From positions 1-13,261 of the forward strand of contig CAZJUB010000073.1 of the NCBI GenBank assembly GCA_964549075.1: a stretch of 13,261 nt of DNA, written 5' to 3'. The position numbers and the translations under genes were made by a program. The notes beneath the pieces are model-generated. The model did not search any database. It saw nothing but the letters and a program-made list of their open reading frames with translations, and was not told the DNA's origin. This stretch comes from an uncultured archaeon. Lineage in GTDB: Archaea; Asgardarchaeota; Heimdallarchaeia; Heimdallarchaeales; Heimdallarchaeaceae. Shown one piece after another: positions 1-7,226 of the stretch (within the stretch, counting starts at the first letter, position 1; each line of letters begins with the position of its first letter).

Positions 1-23
1 TGTGATTCGTCAGTAATACACTG

Positions 24-30
24 TTTAAAG
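24..30 (+). promoter_or_regulatory. Putative archaeal TATA box (TTTAAAG) for a leaderless transcript of ORF 54..263
   Basis: Lies 24-30 nt upstream of ATG54 with no SD in between. Chance occurrence is possible in AT-rich DNA. Confidence 0.35.
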
Positions 31-53
31 AAGTTAAAACGCAATATTAAAGT

Positions 54-263
54 ATGGAATTCGTTAATTACTTTGACATTCCTAAGAAAGAACTAGAAAA
101 TCAAAGCATTCTAAGCTATTTAGCTGAGCTTTATAAGAGTATAGAAGCACCATCAGGAAAAGTTCGTGCATGGTATTCTTTACCACATGAAGATAAAGAT
201 ATGAAACGCCTATGTGTTTTTTATTCAGTTAAACAATTCAAAGAGAAAAAAATAGCCCGGTAA
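54..263 (+). CDS. Small hypothetical protein (69 aa)
   Basis: ATG start, no overlap with a larger gene, globular-looking composition and an upstream TATA-like box. No family recognised. Confidence 0.65.
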   Translation: MEFVNYFDIPKKELENQSILSYLAELYKSIEAPSGKVRAWYSLPHEDKDMKRLCVFYSVKQFKEKKIAR

Positions 264-308
264 AGTAATACAAAAAATTCTTCCCCTTACTTGCAGTTTT
301 GTTGTAGT

Positions 309-316
309 TTTATATA
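309..316 (+). promoter_or_regulatory. Putative TATA box (TTTATATA)
   Basis: Good archaeal TATA consensus 26-33 nt upstream of ATG342. Confidence 0.45.
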
Positions 317-341
317 CTCAAAAATAGATTCTATAATAATA

Positions 342-611
342 ATGAGTGTTACAACAGAGACAGATCAATTACCTCAAAATGAGGAAATAACAAAAAATAC
401 ACATCAAAAACGAGCCTTGAAATTAATAGAATCTGATAATCAAAGAGAGAGATTGATGGGATTTGCTTTGTTATCAACTTGTTTCCACTTATGTGAACCA
501 GAGATTCAAGATCATGTGGAAAAGAAGTGGAAACAAGAGAAAAACTTGAGTGCTGTAAAAAAGGAATTTGTTAGTTTCTGTTTTGATAAATTTAGAAGAA
601 GACAGTTTTAG
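342..611 (+). CDS. Small helical hypothetical protein (89 aa); start reassigned from TTG291 to ATG342
   Basis: In-frame ATG at 342 (MSVTTETDQ...) follows the TATA box. The segment ALKLIESDNQRERLMGFALL is weakly HEAT-like. Its stop overlaps the convergent gene's stop at 608-611. Confidence 0.65.
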   Translation: MSVTTETDQLPQNEEITKNTHQKRALKLIESDNQRERLMGFALLSTCFHLCEPEIQDHVEKKWKQEKNLSAVKKEFVSFCFDKFRRRQF

Positions 612-1381
612 TCTGTTCCTTTATCTAGTGGGAAATATACTGGAAAAATAAGTCTAGCAAAATTTTGATAGATTTCAACATTATAATCTTGCTGTTCTAT
701 TAATCCCTCTAATTTTACTATTTCTGATTCTGAATAACCTTTCATATCAGGTAAATTGCCAACTTCAGCATAATCTAAAATTTTACAGATAATTTCCCCT
801 AATTCATCTAATTCAAGATAGCATTCAAGTAAAATGTGAGTATGATGTGTTAGTTGCTCAATTTGTTTCTCGTCTGGAACTGAATTAGCAATTCTAACAA
901 CAGACAGTATTGCTGCTCTTCTGGTAATATAATCTCTTGCATATACAACATTCTTAAGAGAATAGAGAACATCCACATCATCCAGATACCCTATAGCTCT
1001 TATTGCTGCATACTGGAGATCATAATCACTTTCTTCAAGAATTTTCACTAAATAAGGTTTTGATGCATAATCTTTCAAATGACCTAAAACTTCAAGTGTA
1101 GATAATTTAATTGCTAAAGAGCTTCCTTCTATCAATTTATGTAAATGATTGAGAATTGCTGCTTTAATTTCAGGATATTTAGAAGCTAATTCAACCATTG
1201 TTGATGCTGCAGCGTTTCTCACATTCCAGTCTGAGTCTTCAAGCAGAGGATAAATCTTTTTGATATCTTTCTCTTTCCCCCTTCTTCGAATGAACAAAGA
1301 ATAATAAGCTCTATCCAGAGGATCATTACTCTTAAGTTTTCTACTTATAGTTAAGCTTCTTAAAAAATCTATGAAAGTCAT
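608..1381 (-). CDS. HEAT-repeat (PBS lyase/HEAT_2-like) protein
   Basis: Tandem helical repeats LLEDSDWNVRNAAASTMVEL, LIEGSSLAIKLSTLEVLGHL, ILEESDYDLQYAAIRAIGYL and VVYARDYITRRAAILSVVRI. ATGA overlap with the upstream gene and SD-like GAGGGG at 1393-1398. Confidence 0.9.
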   Translation of the reverse strand: MTFIDFLRSLTISRKLKSNDPLDRAYYSLFIRRRGKEKDIKKIYPLLEDSDWNVRNAAASTMVELASKYPEIKAAILNHLHKLIEGSSLAIKLSTLEVLGHLKDYASKPYLVKILEESDYDLQYAAIRAIGYLDDVDVLYSLKNVVYARDYITRRAAILSVVRIANSVPDEKQIEQLTHHTHILLECYLELDELGEIICKILDYAEVGNLPDMKGYSESEIVKLEGLIEQQDYNVEIYQNFARLIFPVYFPLDKGTD

Positions 1382-2952
1382 AATTCAAACAACCCCTCTT
1401 TTATAAGATAACTGATAGCTCCTCTCTGAGGTTGAGTAAGTTTTTTCAGATGAATATAATCAATGTTTCTGATTTCAAATTTCTCTTCTTTCTCATCATC
1501 TAATTCAAATTTGTATGCATCTTTTCGCTTTGTTACTTGAACAGCTCTTGTTATAACAGGTAAATGATAGGGAGAAAGAGATTTATATTTAGTTTTATGT
1601 ACTGCAAATAATGTAGCAACATGAATTCCTCCTACTTTCTTAAAGACGACGATATCAGCAAAAGCAGGAAGAATTGTCTTGAAATCATCTCTGTAGAGAG
1701 CCATATGATTATGTAAAATCACTAACTGATCGATTCCAACACCATAATCATTAGCTTCAAACACATATACTTTCTTATCATCTACTTTTACATATCCTTT
1801 TGAGGAAATACTTGGATTATCATCAAGTAGTTGTCCAAATGTAGAGTACTTTCGTCGATAGATTTTACTCACATATTCTTCTATTTGACGCCATCCATAT
1901 GCATAAACTGACCATATATCAGACCACCTACTCCTAGATGAGTGCCAATGATCAACAACATATTCTGAATGAGTGTTTTTATTTACAGCAAGTAAATCTT
2001 TGATTTCATCCCATGTAAACTCTTCAAGAAATTCAATATCAGATGCATATGAGAACAATTTCTCAAACATTTTCTTTTCATCTTTGTATTTAGTCAAAAG
2101 TTTACTAACAGCTATCTGGCTGAAAACACCGATAGGTGGTGCTATTAAAGCTTTTAAACCACGAGGATACATTATTGATCTATCTTCATGTCTTTTTGGT
2201 AGTTGATACTCTTCTTTTTTCAACAGATAATCAATTGCTTTTTGTTGGATATAGTGGGCAAATCCCTCATCTATCAAATCATGTAGATGTTTCTTTCGTG
2301 CGGTTTTAGCTCTTTCCCCGATTAGGTTAATAGCTTCAATTGAGAAATTGTTAAATAGAGTATATTTTCTTGCATCTTCAGGAGGAGTATAGAAATCTTC
2401 TACACCGGCTTCAGTAAATAGTCTAATTACTCCAATTAAATCTTGGAAATATTGCCATGCCCAAACATGTTTATTTTTCGAGACTTTATTTAGTTGATAT
2501 ACATTATTGCTCATCAATTCTTTTAATATAACATCTAATTGATACAATTGAGCTAATGTTCTTGCAGAATTTGATTCAGTCTTTTCATTCATTAAAGCAT
2601 GGGCAAAAGCGTGGACAAACATTATCCGTAGAGTAAACTCTTGTTCCTTGGTCAGTTCATATGAAGGAACTGAGAGATAAATTAAAGTTGGTAAGGAATT
2701 GTAAACTGTTTCTTTACTTGTTGGCAAAAAATCGTTTATTCGTGCTGCTCTTAAATTTGTTATTTGTTCAGAAGTTAATATTGCTTGTGGAGTTCCTGTT
2801 ACCTCTAACACTCGATTTACGGAAACATGCATCTCAGGATTTAGAAAGATTAAAACTCTATAATTTTCAGGAGTTTCACCAACTAGAGTTTTGAAATCTT
2901 TTCGAGCATTTTCGTAAACAACAATTATTTCAGCAAGTTCTTCTTTAAGCAT
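1378..2952 (-). CDS. Divergent SpoVR/YcgB-like protein (zincin-like HxxxH...EGxAxY)
   Basis: Five colinear blocks resemble remembered SpoVR consensus: ETVYNSLPTLIYL (~YELVINSxPCxAxL), IMFVHAFAH (~LIVAHVxxH), LIDEGFAHYIQQK (~IMNEGWASYWH), SDIEFLEEF (~SDxSFLRxY) and VYVFEANDY...LVILH. It sits directly after the AAA+ and vWA genes. Confidence 0.65.
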   Translation of the reverse strand: MLKEELAEIIVVYENARKDFKTLVGETPENYRVLIFLNPEMHVSVNRVLEVTGTPQAILTSEQITNLRAARINDFLPTSKETVYNSLPTLIYLSVPSYELTKEQEFTLRIMFVHAFAHALMNEKTESNSARTLAQLYQLDVILKELMSNNVYQLNKVSKNKHVWAWQYFQDLIGVIRLFTEAGVEDFYTPPEDARKYTLFNNFSIEAINLIGERAKTARKKHLHDLIDEGFAHYIQQKAIDYLLKKEEYQLPKRHEDRSIMYPRGLKALIAPPIGVFSQIAVSKLLTKYKDEKKMFEKLFSYASDIEFLEEFTWDEIKDLLAVNKNTHSEYVVDHWHSSRSRWSDIWSVYAYGWRQIEEYVSKIYRRKYSTFGQLLDDNPSISSKGYVKVDDKKVYVFEANDYGVGIDQLVILHNHMALYRDDFKTILPAFADIVVFKKVGGIHVATLFAVHKTKYKSLSPYHLPVITRAVQVTKRKDAYKFELDDEKEEKFEIRNIDYIHLKKLTQPQRGAISYLIKEGLFEL

Positions 2953-4330
2953 ACAATATACTCTCCTTTAATATCTGCTCTCCAAGATTTTTGACTTGAG
3001 CAGGATCAACTAAAATAGGGCGTGTTATGCCTTTGAGCATTTGTTTTGTATGAATATAGATTTCTTTATTTCTAAGTGATTCAGGGCCCATCAAGAAATA
3101 AGAGATGTTCCAATTTCTTGATCTATCATTTTTCAAACTTGAAAAAATTCCATTTAGTTGCAGCAAGCATTCAATTGTGTCAGGTTTAGTGTTGGTATCT
3201 ATTTCATTAAAATATTTCTTAAGCTCACTATTTGTTTTATAGTTGAATGGATAAGAAGGAACGTTAGGCATTCCGTCAGTTATGATAGTGAATTGAATAT
3301 CTATATCTTTGTATTTATGTTGTTTCTTTGCATGTTCTATTGCAGCTAAAACACTTTGAACCATGTATGTTTTTCCACGAGCTTCAGCTGTTAATAGAAG
3401 TTGTTCCATGTCTTTGTCCGAATCTACAACTTTCGGATTTTTTCTTATTGGAACCACAGCAAGCTTGAACATGTCATAACGTTTTCTTTTTCTTCTGTTT
3501 AACGTCTTGAAATAATAGTAGAGGCTGAGGCTAGTTAGGAGGGCACCATCTAAACGAGACATTCCACCCTCAAAAACAGTTTTACGCATGGATTGACTCA
3601 TATCAACAATAAGATATACCAAAGAACGACGGTCTTTCTTTACCCTCATAATGTCTTCTTGTTTGACTTCAGTTGGAGGAATAGATTGAGAACTAAGAAT
3701 AGCACTTCTGTAAGTTTCCTTTAATCTTATTATGCCTCGAGGACGTTTATGAACTTCATCTATAGGTACATCAGAAATTTGTTTTACTAAATACCTTCCT
3801 AAAATTTTGCCTAACAAATCCATTACACTTTCTCTTGAAATTCTCTTTTTTCTTCCAAAAGCATCCGTAATCTCTATATCAACAATATCCTTCAGTTGAT
3901 TTAGTTTTTCTGCTAAGCTTTGGAGATCAATAGATCCTTCATATTTGATTTCCTTTAAAAGTTCTTGAATATATTTGAGAATATCTTCAACTGTTTGAAG
4001 TTCATTTCTATTTACTCTCTCTAGTACATCAGGTAGGACACGTTCGCCAATGAAACGAAGTAGTTTCATTTCGTTGATTAATCTTTCTTCTTCAGGAGCA
4101 GTTAAAGGTGTATTCATTATTTTTTGTAGAATGTTCTCTATAGCAACAGCATTTTTGGAAGCTATAGATAAAACAGCACCTTCACGTGAGCTTCTACCCA
4201 AGTGTGGATTTCTCCATAATTTTAATACTTGAGCAGCATCTTCAAATTCAAGAATAAACTCTTGGTTACTATAATGCTGTAATGGATCAGCAAATTCTGC
4301 TTCTGTTACGAAATATATTCGATGGGGCAT
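2945..4330 (-). CDS. von Willebrand factor A (vWA) domain protein, AAA+ partner (YeaH/CoxE/ChlD-like)
   Basis: MIDAS DxSxS in LIVDMSQSM (D243), T in GKTY and D in IITDGMPN. The pre-vWA segment LKETYRSA...EDIMR is typical of AAA-associated vWA proteins, and the N-terminal half is helical. Confidence 0.9.
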   Translation of the reverse strand: MPHRIYFVTEAEFADPLQHYSNQEFILEFEDAAQVLKLWRNPHLGRSSREGAVLSIASKNAVAIENILQKIMNTPLTAPEEERLINEMKLLRFIGERVLPDVLERVNRNELQTVEDILKYIQELLKEIKYEGSIDLQSLAEKLNQLKDIVDIEITDAFGRKKRISRESVMDLLGKILGRYLVKQISDVPIDEVHKRPRGIIRLKETYRSAILSSQSIPPTEVKQEDIMRVKKDRRSLVYLIVDMSQSMRKTVFEGGMSRLDGALLTSLSLYYYFKTLNRRKRKRYDMFKLAVVPIRKNPKVVDSDKDMEQLLLTAEARGKTYMVQSVLAAIEHAKKQHKYKDIDIQFTIITDGMPNVPSYPFNYKTNSELKKYFNEIDTNTKPDTIECLLQLNGIFSSLKNDRSRNWNISYFLMGPESLRNKEIYIHTKQMLKGITRPILVDPAQVKNLGEQILKESILYA

Positions 4331-4364
4331 AACATCATCTCTACTAGTTGCAATAAGATTATTT

Positions 4365-5915
4365 TTAGATATAATCCACTTTTAGTAACTGTTCATATGA
4401 TAATCTGAGTTTTTCAACAATTTTATTACGAATGTTTTCTTTGAACTTATCAAGACCTTCAAATCTTATAATCAATTCTGAGAGCTCTTTATCACTCAAA
4501 GCTTTCATTTTAGAGATATCTTCAGATATATCTTGAACACTGATTGAAACTTCAGCTTCTTTTATAGCTGTTCGAAGGGTGATTTTCAATTGCTGTAAAG
4601 AATCATTTATCATTGAGACTGGAACATCAAAAGCACCCATGGTACTACGAATCTTTTCTAATGTTATTACATTAACATCAGAGACTTCATCTTCTCTTAA
4701 TTGGAGTAATACGGTTTCTCCTATGATATTATTCATAGTACGAAGATCAATATGGGGGTTCCTTTGTGGATCGTGGATTTCATCAAGGCCTGAATAGAAA
4801 TCATTTCTTGCCATTCGGCTTTCAGAACGTAGACCCTTCATTTTTAGAGTTTCAGGAAGGGAATTATTTCCTAAGAAAGCCAAGAAATCAATTGCTAGTC
4901 TGCTAACATAATCAGTTGTTTCTTTCTCGAGTTCATGAAGTTGTATAATCGAAGGATTGGCTGTAATTTTCTTTCTTGTAAGAACTAATTGTTCTTCAAA
5001 CATATCCTTAAGAATTTGTTCTCTGCTTTCTACTGAACGTGCAGGCCACAAGACTTCAGGAATACGGTTGATAATAGGTTGACTTTCTTCTCCAAATACT
5101 GTTAGAGGAGCATTGGATGTGAAAATCACTGCACCATCAATGTATACTGGTTCTCCTTGGATGTTATACTTAATACCCATAGGTTCCTCTAGAAAACCCA
5201 TAAGAGATTCCAGTAAACTCAGGGGGAGTCTTTGTATTTCGTTAACTACAATAAAACCATGTGAAAGAACACCAACTTTGTGTGATGAAGCAGCAAAGGT
5301 AGTTGAAGTGTTTTTTCCGAAAAGCTCTTCCAGATTTTCAACTCCAGCTAATAGCATATAGAGACTTTCAGGGTCTGTTCTTGGATCAAGTTGTGACCTT
5401 CGAACCACAGTTTTCGTTGCATCCAATTTACTTAATCTACTAACAATTTCTTTTGGAGGTATTTCTAGAATACTATTGGTATTATCCAATTGAACTTCAG
5501 CACCATCTATTGAAAGTGCTTTTTCCATATTTTGTCTACAATATGGACACAGAGATTGCATAACTCTTATTCCAGCAAAGGGATTTGTAGTGAAGTTATT
5601 GATAATATCGACTATATATCCTGCGTCTTCCAAGAACGGACAACCAGAGATGTGATACTTGGAGTTATTGATTTCTCTGACTATATGATCAAGTAATACT
5701 CTAGCAAATAGTGTTTTTGCTTCTCCAGTTGGACCAGTAAGAAGTACTTTTCCTCCAACTGCAAGTTTATCCATTACAAGATTTTTACCTATTTCATTTC
5801 CTCTGACGCTAACATCTTTTAGAACTCTATCTCGGAATTCAGGATTCATTAGAATAGATCTAACTGAAAATCCGTCATATCCATCTTTCATTAATTTTTG
5901 TATTGAGAGTGTCAT
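4365..5915 (-). CDS. AAA+ ATPase, PrkA/YeaG- or Mg-chelatase I/MoxR-like
   Basis: Walker A VLLTGPTGEAKT (G61-T68), Cys insert YHISGCPF...LCPYC, variant Walker B FIVVNE, sensor-1 VIFTSN, Arg finger PIINRI and a possible sensor-2 DLRT. Confidence 0.88.
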   Translation of the reverse strand: MTLSIQKLMKDGYDGFSVRSILMNPEFRDRVLKDVSVRGNEIGKNLVMDKLAVGGKVLLTGPTGEAKTLFARVLLDHIVREINNSKYHISGCPFLEDAGYIVDIINNFTTNPFAGIRVMQSLCPYCRQNMEKALSIDGAEVQLDNTNSILEIPPKEIVSRLSKLDATKTVVRRSQLDPRTDPESLYMLLAGVENLEELFGKNTSTTFAASSHKVGVLSHGFIVVNEIQRLPLSLLESLMGFLEEPMGIKYNIQGEPVYIDGAVIFTSNAPLTVFGEESQPIINRIPEVLWPARSVESREQILKDMFEEQLVLTRKKITANPSIIQLHELEKETTDYVSRLAIDFLAFLGNNSLPETLKMKGLRSESRMARNDFYSGLDEIHDPQRNPHIDLRTMNNIIGETVLLQLREDEVSDVNVITLEKIRSTMGAFDVPVSMINDSLQQLKITLRTAIKEAEVSISVQDISEDISKMKALSDKELSELIIRFEGLDKFKENIRNKIVEKLRLSYEQLLKVDYI

Positions 5916-5922
5916 TATAGGT

Positions 5923-5928
5923 ACCTCT
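5923..5928 (-). promoter_or_regulatory. Shine-Dalgarno-like site (AGAGGT) for the AAA+ gene
   Basis: 7 nt upstream of ATG5915, inside the 16-nt intergenic gap. Confidence 0.6.
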
Positions 5929-5931
5929 TTT

Positions 5932-6534
5932 TTATATATCTAGATTATTTTCTTCTTCTGTAGTAATCTGAATTTCTACAGGTTTAATTTTTGAAAGTAA
6001 TTTTTCTTTTTCTTCCCATGACTTAACATGTCCAATATGAATCACCTTTTTCAACCAGTTTAATGCTTCCAAAATTGAAGGAATATCAGGTGTTTCAAAA
6101 AGGTTCCAGAGCCTATCAGTTAAACGAATCAGTGAAAGATTCTCTATTAGTTCACCTCTGGATAATGCTCCTTGCAGATTAGAATTATATGCACAAAGAG
6201 CAATTGGTAAATTTTGAGCTTCCGCATTCCAAACTATTTTTTCCCACAGAAAATTTCTTTCATGTTTTATCATTTCTTCTTTTGTTGCATCAATCAGATA
6301 CAACAAACCTTCAAAAGGTACGAATTGATTATACTTAAACTGAAAATTTAAAGTGTAAGGAAGTTCTACTAGGGAGCTATCAATAATGAATTCATTAAGT
6401 GATGTTTCTGACCTAATTAGTAGCGATCTGTTTCTAGTAGCTGGATTATTATCCCCCAAGATAAGGATAGAAACCTCTGGGTAGCCTAGTTTCCTACGAA
6501 GTGATCGTCTGAAATTCTGGATAAAGTTAGTCAT
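5932..6534 (-). CDS. Arf-family small GTPase-like protein with degenerate G motifs (probable pseudo-GTPase)
   Basis: Colinear with Arf1 by eye: EVSILILG~[18 protein letters not shown]~[39 protein letters not shown]~[37 protein letters not shown]~LYEGLDWL. It has an amphipathic N-terminal helix but lacks GKT, DxxG and NKxD. Confidence 0.8.
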   Translation of the reverse strand: [200 protein letters not shown]

Positions 6535-6564
6535 TGGGCTTCGCTAAAAAGGAAGGACTCTGAA

Positions 6565-6571
6565 TATTTAA
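6565..6571 (-). promoter_or_regulatory. Putative TATA box (TTAAATA) for the five-gene operon
   Basis: 31-37 nt upstream of ATG6534, within the 191-nt divergent intergenic region. Confidence 0.35.
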
Positions 6572-6725
6572 GAATGTTATGACACTTAAGAGTTTAATAT
6601 TTCAGCAAATCACTTTGATTATTATGAGAAGTCGTCAGTTTTTCTACAAATATGATGGCACACTTTAAAGATTATATAAGCAAAAGAGTTTAGAATTATT
6701 TCAGTTCTTTAGATACAGAGATAAC

Positions 6726-7214
6726 ATGAAAATACTGAACATTGTTGTGGGGAGTATTGAATATAAGGACACACTCTTGCTAATTAGAAGAGAAAGAGGT
6801 GATTATAAGCACAAGTGGGCCTTGGTAGGAGGGAAGATGAATTTTGATGAGGAAATAAAAGAAGCTCTTCTTAGAGAGATTAAAGAAGAAACAGGTTTGT
6901 CTGTTAAATTTAAAGGGGTAAAATCAATTATTAATGAAAAACTAAAAGATAAAAAAACCAACATTACTGTTAAGCAATTCCTTATTTTTCTTTGTTTAAC
7001 TGAAGCAGAATCATATAAGTTAAAAGAATCTGATGAAGGAGAATTGCGTTGGTTCTCAGATGAGGAAATTATGAATGAAAAAGAGAATATCATTCCATCC
7101 GATTATCTAATGATTACTGAGTTACTAAATAAAAACAATATGAATTCTATAATTGAACTTGATTTGTTAGAAGAAGAAACAAAACTGGAAATAGGTGTAT
7201 TCAAAGAGTATTAA
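6726..7214 (+). CDS. Nudix hydrolase
   Basis: Complete Nudix box GKMNFDEEIKEALLREIKEETGL (GX5EX7REUXEEXGU), preceded by LLLIRR...WALVGG. Confidence 0.95.
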   Translation: MKILNIVVGSIEYKDTLLLIRRERGDYKHKWALVGGKMNFDEEIKEALLREIKEETGLSVKFKGVKSIINEKLKDKKTNITVKQFLIFLCLTEAESYKLKESDEGELRWFSDEEIMNEKENIIPSDYLMITELLNKNNMNSIIELDLLEEETKLEIGVFKEY

Positions 7215-7226
7215 GGTTAGGAAATA

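Noticed and set aside
291-341. TTG-initiated N-terminal extension (MQFCCSFIYSKIDSIII) of ORF 291..611
   Set aside because: It spans the TATA-like box at 309-316, and ATG342 is the more plausible start.
1973-5361. Short + strand ORFs 1973..2206, 2661..2894, 3158..3349, 4050..4232, 4579..4797 and 5113..5361
   Set aside because: All lie antisense within long motif-bearing genes and have no recognisable features, so they are shadow ORFs.
2945-5915. Calling the AAA+/vWA pair a true Mg- or Co-chelatase (ChlI/ChlD)
   Set aside because: No chelatase large subunit or tetrapyrrole genes are in the window, and the SpoVR-like neighbour favours a PrkA-type context.
608-6534. Calling the operon a bona fide vesicle coat (Sar1/Arf + Sec23/24 vWA + adaptin)
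   Set aside because: The vWA protein lacks Sec23/24 zinc-finger and gelsolin features and has a prokaryotic AAA-partner layout, the HEAT protein is short, and there is no beta-propeller. The resemblance is only an analogy.
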